From contig NC_043015.1 in assembly GCF_006345805.1 (NCBI RefSeq), positions 39,122,001 through 39,186,000 on the forward strand: 64,000 nt of DNA, read 5' to 3'. Below are positions 13,533 through 25,620 of this stretch, piece after piece. Position numbers and translations under genes: made by a program. The stretch comes from Octopus sinensis (lineage: Eukaryota). The number at the start of each line of letters is the position of its first letter. The stretch's first letter is position 1. The notes under the pieces are model-generated. The model was not told the origin of the DNA. It made no database searches and saw only the letters and a list, made by a program, of their open reading frames with translations.

Positions 13533-15241
13533 TTGGTCGATTGGTTGTTTGGGTTGGCGACCATTCCTTCGTGTCAAGTGTGTTTCTGGTGGAGGAATTT
13601 TTGCATCTCTTCCTGTACGTATATATGTGTATATAGTTAATAAATCGTATGGTATACAGCCGGTAGTTTTGCCGGCAAAGCAGTTCACTGGCTTAATGTT
13701 CGTTGGGTAATTAATGAGAGACGGAAGATGAGAGATAGCATCTTCCATCTTCCGTCTCTCGTTAATTACGTGTATGTATGTATGTATGTATGTATGTATG
13801 TATGTATGTATTTATGAAAGTATGTGTGTATGTGTGTATGTATGTATGTATATATGTACTTACGTACGTATGTATGTATATTTGTATGTATGTGTGTATG
13901 TATACATATATATGTGCGTGCGTGCGTGTGTACGTATGCATGCATGTATGTATGTATGGACGTACGTACGTATGTACGAATGTATGTAGGTATACGTATA
14001 TATGTGCGAGCGTAAGTACGTATGCATACATGCGTGCATGTATATATGTATGTATGTATCTTATCTATCTATTTAAATTATATAAAAATGAAAATGAAGT
14101 AAATTCCGTATTCAATATTTCTATCAACAAGTCTGGGATAAATCTTATATTTCAGAACCAATCAAAAATATAATTGAATTCGATACAATTGTCACAAAAA
14201 CATTGGTTTAAAGAGAGAAAAATCGAGACTCTGTCCTTAGAACCCGTATCACTAATATCTAAGGTTTATGGTAACACATATAATCCAGTCTAAGAAATAA
14301 GATCTTTTGTAACCCTTCGTGGGTCGGCGGGGTTAGAATTATGCAAAAGGCCATTGGGGTCTCCTTTTATTTTTGCGCATTTCTGCACAATCCATAAAGT
14401 AATATTTGTTTAATTTTGTATATATGTATGAGTGCATGATACAGAACAAGAAATCTAACACTTTTTTTTATAGTTTTATAAACTATACATATAGCAATAA
14501 TACAAAATAAAAAGAAAATTATCTAGTATATCGAGTCATACCTGTACAAATACGAAGAAAATTGATTTCTAGTTCACCAGAGTTTCTCGTTGCCGTTCAT
14601 CAGACAGTTTTTGCTAGAATGGAACCGATATATCAATTCAATCTAGACTCTTACAAACGCTACACCTTTAAAAAGAAATGGACTTGTTTGATTGGCCCTT
14701 TAGAAAAAAACGGTCAATCTTCGAGCGATAAACAAAAAGGTCAAAAATATATGTATATATATATAAAAAAAACTTATAAAAAATTATAAAATCCGAGGAA
14801 AAAACCTTACATTGAATAAAATACATATTGACGTTAACGAAGAAAGTATAAATTAATTCATAGGAATTAAACCTGTTATAAATATTACACTGCAATACAT
14901 ATTTTTATTAAAATGTGCATATATATATATCAACATACACGAAAGGATGCGCGCCAACGCCATACATATACAGACGTATGAATATAAATCTAAATATACA
15001 CATAAATGCATGTGTACATATATTCACGCAAACCATCTCGCACGCAAGTTAAAAATCATGTATGTAGCGATTCTCATATACTGAGTAAGGGGGGGAACGA
15101 AAGAAAGGAAGAGAGAGAAAAAGGAACGAAGGAGGGGTGGGGAAAAAAACGAAATAAGAAAAAATTATGTATACAATCTGTGTAACGGCGTTATTGGCAT
15201 ATATGGAGACAAGTATACAAACAAGTTCGAATGGATACATA

Positions 15242-15332
15242 CGATGGGCTTCTTTCAGTTTCCGTCTTCTAAATCCACTCAAAGGCTTTGGTCGGCCCGA
15301 GGCTATAGTAGAAGACACTTCCCCAAAGTGCC
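15242..15332 (-). mobile_element. SINE family B fragment
   Basis: GGGCTTCTTTCAGTTTCCGTC..GGTCGGCCCGAGGCTATAGTAGAAGACACTT. Confidence 0.75.
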
Positions 15333-18315
15333 CGTTAATTTAATCACGAATCTTAATGGAAAACTTTTGTTATACTCCTGCTTGAAATTTGGTGGCACTG
15401 GGTGTGGCCGCGCACCCAATGCAACAACCATTATACACCGCTGTCAACAAAGCTGGAATATTGTCGACTTGGATTAAGAAACAGGTTTTTGGTTGCTTAA
15501 ACAAAAGAATTTGATATGCGTTGCTGCATAACTTCATCCTTCGGTCTGAAGAAACCGGAAGTTTGAGTGTTATTAGCGTAGCCATGTCAGGCTGATCATT
15601 ATGTTTTTCTCGTAACCATGAGGCCCCTAGTTTTTTCATAGGGTCTTACGTATGTGTTTACATATATATAGATACATATCATGCGTATATAAGACAAAAC
15701 TAACAATGTTTATTTGAACAACATCGTCATCAATGCTAAAAAGTAAAGAATGAAAAGCACAAGTGACACCACTGGGATCTGAACTTAGGACCTTGGGTGT
15801 TAAAAATATTTTCGGAATCCAACACCTGTCGCAACGAACAATCAAACGGACAAACACCGCACACGGACATTAATATGAACAATGTTTTAATATTGTTTTG
15901 TATTGAAGGATCGATGGGGGTTGCCCAGACCCTTGATAACTTCATCAGTGTTTCTTAAAAATCCTTCACTCAGTCATTCGAAGTTACTTCAACGCAACTG
16001 GAACATTGGCACCACAAGAAGATAAGAGAAGGTAAGTAATAAACTTTGCTTCTTTTTTGGAGAATTTCTTCTCCTCTTCATAGAAATATCGGAAGACGTT
16101 TTAATTATGGAAAAGTTAATTAACGCTGGAACTATAAAACTCATTAGAAAATATTTTCTTCACAATTTCGGTCATAATTAATATCCAATCAAACAAAAAT
16201 TGTTTTCATTAACATAATTTTTACTATAATTTGTTTTCTGTTATATGCAAAAAAAACAAAAAAAAAACTAATTTCAAATCCTTAATTACCCAGTTGTTGC
16301 TGCTTTTCAACCCTAGGTCAGCTTTGTTCCAGTAAATGCAATTATTTATTATTTACAATTAAGACATAATTTTGACGAATATGTTATATACCAGTCATAT
16401 ACTGAGGCCCAGTTCCTCACCTGAGCACCCTAATCCCAATCACTAAACTGGTTTGGCTTCGCAGTTAGACAAAAGAAACGAATCGTTCAAAATTTTTCCC
16501 TTTAAATTCCATGGGACAAATGATAGATCTGGGAGCTTTATAGAATTTTCTCAATAAAGCCAAGAAAAAATGATGTTTTATAAACACATTCTACCAGTAA
16601 ACGAAGTTTAAAAGTGTTTAGTTAACTAGAAATTGTGTTGAAAAGTGCCGTTCAAAAGGAAAAGATCCTCGATATGGGGTCGACGGAGAACGGAGCCTTC
16701 AATACGGTTTCGATTCGTTTCACTTACATTAATGCCCCTTGGGCAACGAATGAACGCCACAACCTTCCGTTTCCTCCCCCAACACCTCTGCACCTCCTCA
16801 AAGGAAATATCTTTTATTTTTCACATTTGACCCCCAATCAAATCCCGTCAACATTTCGTTTTCACATCCACTTGGTTTCATGCAGTAAATTTACCTCCAA
16901 CAGCCAAGAAGGAACTTCCGGTAATGCCAATCATTATTGCTGGAAGCGACGATCTGCGGAATGGTTCCGCAGATTTTAGGAAAATGAAAAAAAAAAAAAA
17001 AAAAAGAAAATTCTAATATATTAGAGAATGAAAGGATTGTTACATTAAAAGAAGAAGAAGAAGAAGAAGAAGAAATGGACAAATAAATGAATAAATCACG
17101 GCTTTTCTTTTTCTCTCTTTTGCTCAAGAATTTTCTTGTATGAAAAATACTTTTTTTATATATATATTATATATATATTGGTCTTGTTTGTATTTCTTTT
17201 TGTTCAGTACAACATCCCTCCTTCCCTCCCCACCCTCCTCCTCCCCCCTCCTCCTCCTCCTCCTCCTCCTCCTCCTCCTCCTCCTCCTCATCATCATCAT
17301 CATTATCATCATCACCATCATTAACATCCGCATCAGTCGCTCTAAATGGTGACGATGCCTCGATCATTATCGTTCTTTCAACAATTGATCCGTTAAACTA
17401 AAAAAAACTAGGCTGCTTCAATAATAATCGAAGGTGTTTACGTTGTGGGGGGCCAGGGGCAGGCGTTCTGCTGCACTTTCTGAGACTCTGTTCAGATAAT
17501 AAATAAATTGCAAAGCCAGAGTTCTTTCAGTTTGAGGATCTAATCATGGTAAGTGTATTCCAGTCGAGTTCCAAATCTTATTTTCCCTGCAGAAATGGAA
17601 AGTTATAATCTATCTTGCAATATTATATTACAATCGTTTATTATAGTGAAATATTGACGATTGCATCAATCCTTTTGTCTTGATGTCGCTAATTTGTTCT
17701 CGTTAATTTAATGAAAGAAAACAAAAAAAGAATTTATTAAAACAAAATCTAGGAAAATAAAAATCAGAATGCGAAAACGGTTTCTTATTTCGAAATCGAA
17801 ATTTATAACAAAAAGAAGAGAGAAAAAAATATATAATAAAGGAAATATAGTTTTTTTTTTACCTCTTTTGGATTTTTGCTTTGAAGAATGTAATAACGTA
17901 ATACTGAAAGTCTTTGGTTTTTACGAAATGAATGTATTGTCGATATTTTTGGCAGATCAATACCGGAAACAGTTAGAAATATTATGGTCTTTATCGGCAT
18001 CCGTAGAATAAAAAAAAAGATCATAATTAGGTTCCAGGGTTTAGGAACGGTTTTAGTTAAATAATACATCTTTACTAAATGAAATTGCCATATTTAATGG
18101 TGTTTTATGGAATCGAAGTGGATATGTATGGGTGTGGGGGGTGTGGGGGTGGATGCATGTGTTTATACATGTGTGTGCGTATGTATGTATATATACACGT
18201 GTGTATACACACAATCACACATATACACTCAAATGTATCTATGTATGTATGAATGTATGTATATATATATATATACACGTATATATATGTTACTACCTAT
18301 GTGTGTATGTATGTA

Positions 18316-18355
<40 letters not shown>

Positions 18356-18398
18356 TATATATATATATATATATACACACACACATATAATATATATA

Positions 18399-18568
18399 TT
18401 TCTTTTACTTGTTTCAGTCATTTGACTGTGGTCATGCTGGAGCATCGCCTTTAGTCGAAGAAATCGATACCAGAACTTTTTCTTTGTAAGCCTAGCACTT
18501 ATTCTATCGGTCTCTTTTGCCGAACCGCTAAGTTACATCGGTTGTCAAACGATGGTAGGGGGACAAAC
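18399..18568 (-). mobile_element. SINE family B 3' half
   Basis: CTTTTACTTGTTTCAGTCATTTGACTG..TTATTCTATCGGTCTC..GCCGAACCGCTAAG. Confidence 0.8.
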
Positions 18569-18735
18569 ATAGACACACAAACATATATGTAAACATACAT
18601 ACATACATACATACATACATACACACACACACATACATACATACATACATACATACATACATACATACATACATACATGCATATATACATACATATATAC
18701 GTATATATATGTATGTATGTATGTATATATATATA

Positions 18736-18821
<86 letters not shown>

Positions 18822-18843
18822 CACACACACACACATATATACA

Positions 18844-19602
18844 TACGTGGTCTGATAAATAAGTACCCGGACTGTTGCCATAGTAACGAGGCTAAAGCAC
18901 GCAGAGTGAAGCCGCTTGGCACAGATTGACCTTGAAATCTGCTGAGCATGCGCACTAAGTTTTAATGTTCTAGCTCACTTCCGCTGCTTACAGCAATGCT
19001 TGGAAGGAATGTGTGATCATTGCATTGACCATCACAGAGAAAGGTGAGCAGAGAATCTGCATAAAATTTTGCCAAAACCTTGCTGATACCTGAAAAGAGG
19101 ACTCCGCAAAGTTTTCATCGTTCTCGACTCAATCAAGATCTTATGCAACTGAGAACCGAGTGCCTTTTTGGTCAGCTGAAAGCAGCTTTGGCACAAACTT
19201 GGCAGACACGCAGACCATTCCCAAATCTTCAGTGATAATAGACTGAACTGAACCGTAACTAATCGGCACATCCTCTGATAACTCACAGATGAGGATTCAA
19301 CAATTTCCTTCTCACAGTTGCACGCACATTTGCGATGTTTTTCTCAGTTTTGCTGGTTGCAGGTCTCCCAGAACGTTCATCAATATCGACATTTTTTCGT
19401 GCTCTTAGAACCGTCTGAACAACTCGTTCACTTGTGTGCGGCTCATAAACTCCTCTCCATACACTTTCTCCAACTTAGCGTAGACCTCTGAGCAGGTACC
19501 GCCATGACAACTTTCTCTGTCATGGTCAATTCAACGATCACATGCTATACACCTTCCTCCCAAGCACTGCTGTAAACAGCGGAAGTGAGCTAGAACGTTA
19601 AA
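18844..19602. mobile_element. Mariner relic: two 5' ends facing inward, with transposase fragments
   Basis: TA plus TIR CGTGGTCTGATAAATAAGTACCCGGACT. The + strand reads TEKGEQRICIKFCQNL; the - strand 19540-19096 encodes DLGMVCVSAKFVPKLLSADQK-like sequence. The subterminal segment near 18965-19005 is mirrored at about 19555-19602. Confidence 0.8.
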
Positions 19603-20898
19603 TCATTACTCTACATTTAGGGATAGGGATAAACATAACAGTACAGAGCTTAGTAAATCAATTTGGTATCTAAAAGACAACAATAAACAATTTAATTTAG
19701 ATTGGTTGATTTTCTCAATTTCGATACCTTATGATAAAGGCAAGGAATTTTGTCTTCTCTGTAATTCTGAACTATTTAAAAAAGTTTTTCCTAAAAATCC
19801 CCTTGTAAACACGTTTATAGAGCGTGCATACCGACGTAAACATTGGCAGAAACACACCTTTAGTTCATATAAGTGATATCAATCATTATATATAATTTAA
19901 ACATTAATTTTCTTCTTACATTTCACATTCACTAGATATATCTTTTTCCAAGACTATAGGGTTTTATTTAATTTACATATCGTTATATACTTCTCATTTA
20001 TTTGGGACTTTTTCTTTCCTTTACCCCTCCTCTTTCTATAGGCTACCTTTGACGTTATATCCCCTAACGTTTTTTTTAAAAACAACCTTAATAGCATTCA
20101 GTTAATCACTATACATATCCATCATTTTCTGTTAAAATGTCTTATTGATGAGTTTTATTTCTTCATTTCCCTGAAGAGATTATATTGTTTTACACCATTT
20201 TATTCCTTTGGAATAATACCAGTGATATTTTGGAAGCATGTGTCGGAAGTAAAAGAATTCGAATAACACCTGCGTTTAACTCCATTTATCTATTTATATA
20301 TATATATATTATACAAAATATTTCATGTAAACCTGAAGTTTCTACCTTTAAAACAAGGAGTTACAACCTTTTTACTTGTGTGATTTTTTGCTACCCTGGT
20401 AACTATTTACCTATTTTTTTCCGTGTTAATTGTTAACAAGGGAAAAATACACACACACACACACACACACACATACACACAGAAATACACACACACACAC
20501 ACACAGAGAAATACACACACACACACCACACACGCACACATGTATAATGATAGACGACATATGAGCAATCAGCTATTGCCGTCCGACCTGCAGAAATGAT
20601 GTGTTTATGGTGATCGAACGCATGTGCTGCACATTAGGTCCCTCCCTCCATCGATTCCTGGCGTTTCCTGACGCGTGGCACACAGATTCGTTTTATGTGT
20701 ACGTGCTGCAAACGCATGTGCCGTGCGTTAGCTCACTTCCTCAAACAAATCGACGACGCCTGACCAGGTTCACGGTGTCGAAGCGATCGCAGAGAAAAGT
20801 GAGATGAAGTGTTCTGCTCAAGAATAGAACGCACCACCCGGTCTAGGAATTGATCTCGCGATCGTGAGTGCAACACACTAACCAATAGGCTATGCATC

Positions 20899-20899
<1 letters not shown>

Positions 20900-20940
<41 letters not shown>

Positions 20941-20987
20941 TATATATATATATATATATAATATGTATATGTATGTATGTATATATG

Positions 20988-21030
<43 letters not shown>

Positions 21031-21352
21031 ATATATATATGTATATGTATGTATGTATATATGTATGTATATATATATATATATGTATGTATGTATATAT
21101 ATTATATATATATAGATATATATATAATATATATATATATTATATATGTATGTATATATATATATGTATATGTATGTATATATATATATGTATATGTATG
21201 TATGTATATATGTATGTATATATATATATGTATATGTATGTATGTATATATGTATGTATATATATATATGTGTATATGTATGTATGTATATATGTATATA
21301 TATATATATATGTATAAATATATATATATATATATATATAGATATATATTTG

Positions 21353-21391
<39 letters not shown>

Positions 21392-21413
21392 ATATGTATA
21401 TATATATATATAT
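20900..21413 (+). repeat. (TA)n/(TATG)n tract, left flank of the ribozyme array
   Basis: Direct reading. Confidence 0.95.
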
Positions 21414-21559
21414 AAAATAAATATAAGAGAGTGGTCACTATATGGCTCACTCTAGCACCAGTTAATCCAAAGGTTTCAACCACGAAAATACATGTTTCCC
21501 ATGAAAGTCAGTACGATTGTTAGCTCACACGGACAGGGCAAATAAAAATAACAAAAATA

Positions 21560-21658
21560 CAGATTATTTTGGGACAATTGTTTCGCTATTAATGAATTAA
21601 ATGTAATTTTACTTACAAAAAAAAAATCCATTTGTAGCTCGTCAGCCAAAACTATCTG
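21560..21658 (-). ncRNA. Type I hammerhead ribozyme (inverted copy)
   Basis: Reverse complement reads CAGATAG-TTTTGG-CTGACGA-GCTA..TAGC-GAAAC-AATT-GTC^CCAAAA-TAATCTG; predicted cut between 21573 and 21572. Confidence 0.85.
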
Positions 21659-22301
21659 GATGAAATCCACTCAATCACACGCCAGATTTTACCATAACGA
21701 TAAATACGCGTGTGGTTCAATTGATTACATCCGACGTTATAATTCAAATGCCCCAACCAACAGCGCGCCAAACTGACGAGCTACAAATGGATTTTTTTTG
21801 TAAGTAAAATTACATTTAATTCATTAATAGCGAAACAATTGTCCCAAAATAATCTGTATTTTTGTTATTTTTTATTTGCCCTGTCCGTGTGAGCTAACAA
21901 TCGTACTGACTTCATGGGAAACATGTATTTTCGTGGTTGAAACCTTTTGGATTAACTGGTGCTAGAGTGAGCCATATAGTGACCACTCTCTTATATTTAT
22001 TTTGTAAAAATATTATAATATGTTATAAAATATTATAATAATCCAGGTTTCTCGGAGCACTAGGCCACTTGGTGTTGAATAGATATACTATTAAATTAGT
22101 ATCTAATTCTCTCACCCTTATTAATTAATTATAATTATGCTGCATTTATTTCTAAATGCTGTATTTGTTTTCCGTGAAAGTTTGGCGCGCTGTTGGTTGG
22201 GGCATTTGAATTATAACGTCGGATGTAATCAATTGAACCACACGCGTATTTATCGTTATGGTAAAATCTGGCGTGTGATTGAGTGGATTTCATCCAGATA
22301 G

Positions 22302-22383
22302 TTTTGGCTGACGAGCTACAAATGGATTTTTTTTGTAAGTAAAATTACATTTAATCATTAATAGCGAAACAATTGTCCCAAAA
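22302..22383 (+). ncRNA. Type I hammerhead ribozyme (array copy)
   Basis: Stem I TTTTGG/CCAAAA, core CTGACGA and GAAA, stem II GCTA/TAGC, stem III AC-AATT-GT, GUC cleavage after 22377. Confidence 0.88.
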
Positions 22384-22836
22384 TAATCTGTATTTTTGTT
22401 ATTTTTTATTTGCCCTGTCCGTGTGAGCTAACAATCGTACTGACTTTCATGGGAAACATGTATTTTCGTGGTTGAAACCTTTTGGATTAACTGGTGCTAG
22501 AGTGAGCCATATAGTGACCACTCTCTTATATTTATTTTGTAAAAATATTATAATATGTTATAAAATATTATAATAATCCAGGTTTCTCGGAGCACTAGGC
22601 CACTTGGTGTTGAATAGATATACTATTAAATTAGTATCTAATTCTCTCACCCTTATTAATTAATTATAATTATGCTGCATTTATTTCTAAATGCTGTATT
22701 TGTTTTCCGTGAAAGTTTGGCGCGCTGTTGGTTGGGGCATTTGAATTATAACGTCGGATGTAATCAATTGAACCACACGCGTATTTATCGTTATGGTAAA
22801 ATCTGGCGTGTGATTGAGTGGATTTCATCCAGATAG

Positions 22837-22919
22837 TTTTGGCTGACGAGCTACAAATGGATTTTTTTTGTAAGTAAAATTACATTTAATTCATTAATAG
22901 CGAAACAATTGTCCCAAAA
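22837..22919 (+). ncRNA. Type I hammerhead ribozyme (array copy)
   Basis: TTTTGG 22837-42, CTGACGA 22843-49, GCTA 22850-53, TAGC 22898-901, GAAAC 22902-06, AATT 22907-10, GTC 22911-13, CCAAAA 22914-19. Confidence 0.9.
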
Positions 22920-23371
22920 TAATCTGTATTTTTGTTATTTTTTATTTGCCCTGTCCGTGTGAGCTAACAATCGTACTGACTTTCATGGGAAACATGTATT
23001 TTCGTGGTTGAAACCTTTTGGATTAACTGGTGCTAGAGTGAGCCATATAGTGACCACTCTCTTATATTTATTTTGTAAAAATATTATAATATGTTATAAA
23101 ATATTATAATAATCCAGGTTTCTCGGAGCACTAGGCCACTTGGTGTTGAATAGATATACTATTAAATTAGTATCTAATTCTCTCACCCTTATTAATTAAT
23201 TATAATTATGCTGCATTTATTTCTAAATGCTGTATTTGTTTTCCGTGAAAGTTTGGCGCGCTGTTGTTGGGGCATTTGAATTATAACGTCGGATGTAATC
23301 AATTGAACCACACGCGTATTTATCGTTATGGTAAAATCTGGCGTGTGATTGAGTGGATTTCATCCAGATAG

Positions 23372-23454
23372 TTTTGGCTGACGAGCTACAAATGGATTTT
23401 TTTTGTAAGTAAAATTACATTTAATTCATTAATAGCGAAACAATTGTCCCAAAA
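23372..23454 (+). ncRNA. Type I hammerhead ribozyme (array copy)
   Basis: Same motif; GUC cleavage after 23448. Confidence 0.88.
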
Positions 23455-23907
23455 TAATCTGTATTTTTGTTATTTTTTATTTGCCCTGTCCGTGTGAGCT
23501 AACAATCGTACTGACTTTCATGGGAAACATGTATTTTCGTGGTTGAAACCTTTTGGATTAACTGGTGCTAGAGTGAGCCATATAGTGACCACTCTCTTAT
23601 ATTTATTTTGTAAAAATATTATAATATGTTATAAAATATTATAATAATCCAGGTTTCTCGGAGCACTAGGCCACTTGGTGTTGAATAGATATACTATTAA
23701 ATTAGTATCTAATTCTCTCACCCTTATTAATTAATTATAATTATGCTGCATTTATTTCTAAATGCTGTATTTGTTTTCCGTGAAAGTTTGGCGCGCTGTT
23801 GGTTGGGGCATTTGAATTATAACGTCGGATGTAATCAATTGAACCACACGCGTATTTATCGTTATGGTAAAATCTGGCGTGTGATTGAGTGGATTTCATC
23901 CAGATAG

Positions 23908-23990
23908 TTTTGGCTGACGAGCTACAAATGGATTTTTTTTGTAAGTAAAATTACATTTAATTCATTAATAGCGAAACAATTGTCCCAAAA
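23908..23990 (+). ncRNA. Type I hammerhead ribozyme (array copy)
   Basis: Same motif; GUC cleavage after 23984. Confidence 0.88.
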
Positions 23991-24443
23991 TAATCTGTAT
24001 TTTTGTTATTTTTTATTTGCCCTGTCCGTGTGAGCTAACAATCGTACTGACTTTCATGGGAAACATGTATTTTCGTGGTTGAAACCTTTTGGATTAACTG
24101 GTGCTAGAGTGAGCCATATAGTGACCACTCTCTTATATTTATTTTGTAAAAATATTATAATATGTTATAAAATATTATAATAATCCAGGTTTCTCGGAGC
24201 ACTAGGCCACTTGGTGTTGAATAGATATACTATTAAATTAGTATCTAATTCTCTCACCCTTATTAATTAATTATAATTATGCTGCATTTATTTCTAAATG
24301 CTGTATTTGTTTTCCGTGAAAGTTTGGCGCGCTGTTGGTTGGGGCATTTGAATTATAACGTCGGATGTAATCAATTGAACCACACGCGTATTTATCGTTA
24401 TGGTAAAATCTGGCGTGTGATTGAGTGGATTTCATCCAGATAG

Positions 24444-24526
24444 TTTTGGCTGACGAGCTACAAATGGATTTTTTTTGTAAGTAAAATTACATTTAATTCA
24501 TTAATAGCGAAACAATTGTCCCAAAA
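24444..24526 (+). ncRNA. Type I hammerhead ribozyme (array copy)
   Basis: Same motif; GUC cleavage after 24520. Confidence 0.88.
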
Positions 24527-24979
24527 TAATCTGTATTTTTGTTATTTTTTATTTGCCCTGTCCGTGTGAGCTAACAATCGTACTGACTTTCATGGGAAAC
24601 ATGTATTTTCGTGGTTGAAACCTTTTGGATTAACTGGTGCTAGAGTGAGCCATATAGTGACCACTCTCTTATATTTATTTTGTAAAAATATTATAATATG
24701 TTATAAAATATTATAATAATCCAGGTTTCTCGGAGCACTAGGCCACTTGGTGTTGAATAGATATACTATTAAATTAGTATCTAATTCTCTCACCCTTATT
24801 AATTAATTATAATTATGCTGCATTTATTTCTAAATGCTGTATTTGTTTTCCGTGAAAGTTTGGCGCGCTGTTGGTTGGGGCATTTGAATTATAACGTCGG
24901 ATGTAATCAATTGAACCACACGCGTATTTATCGTTATGGTAAAATCTGGCGTGTGATTGAGTGGATTTCATCCAGATAG

Positions 24980-25062
24980 TTTTGGCTGACGAGCTACAAA
25001 TGGATTTTTTTTGTAAGTAAAATTACATTTAATTCATTAATAGCGAAACAATTGTCCCAAAA
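24980..25062 (+). ncRNA. Type I hammerhead ribozyme (array copy)
   Basis: Same motif; GUC cleavage after 25056. Confidence 0.88.
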
Positions 25063-25337
25063 TAATCTGTATTTTTGTTATTTTTTATTGCCCTGTCCGT
25101 GTGAGCTAACAATCGTACTGACTTTCATGGGAAACATGTATTTTCGTGGTTGAAACCTTTTGGATTAACTGGTGCTAGAGTGAGCCATATAGTGACCACT
25201 CTCTTATATTTATTTTGTAAAAATATTATAATATGTTATAAAATATTATAATAATCCAGGTTTCTCGGAGCACTAGGCCACTTGGTGTTGAATAGATATA
25301 CTATTAAATTAGTATCTAATTCTCTCACCCTTATTAA

Positions 25338-25343
<6 letters not shown>

Positions 25344-25380
<37 letters not shown>

Positions 25381-25404
25381 TATATATATGTATATATGTA
25401 TATA

Positions 25405-25442
<38 letters not shown>

Positions 25443-25531
25443 CATGTATACCTACCTACATACATATATATATATATATATATATACATATATATATGTA
25501 TATATGTATATATATATGTGTATATATATAT

Positions 25532-25604
<73 letters not shown>

Positions 25605-25620
25605 GCATATATATATGTGT
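25344..25620 (+). repeat. (TA)n tract, right flank of the ribozyme array
   Basis: Direct reading. Confidence 0.95.

Larger units (their letters stand above)
21414..25343. mobile_element. Hammerhead-ribozyme tandem array (non-LTR retrozyme / Penelope pLTR-like): ~536-bp unit x ~6.7 on +, plus a 361-bp inverted partial copy
   Basis: GACGAGCTAC recurs at 21775, 22310, 22845, 23380, 23916, 24452 and 24988; the differences I could see are 1-nt indels, mostly in homopolymers. 21414-21774 is the reverse complement of part of the unit. No ORF of 60 aa or more spans a unit. Flanked by (TA)n on both sides. Confidence 0.88.

Noticed and set aside
15965-16040. Possible orphan exon ending ..AGAAG|GTAAGT
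   Set aside because: Good donor, but no recognisable protein in any frame and no partner exon.
21773-21849. Eighth hammerhead at the inversion junction
   Set aside because: The core and 3' half are present, but the 5' strand of helix I (TTTTGG) is replaced by GCCAAA, so it cannot fold alone.
21775-25343. CRISPR array, 5S/SL/snRNA cluster or ordinary satellite as explanation of the tandem array
   Set aside because: No variable spacers and no recognisable 5S, tRNA or snRNA sequence; a complete hammerhead in every unit explains it better.
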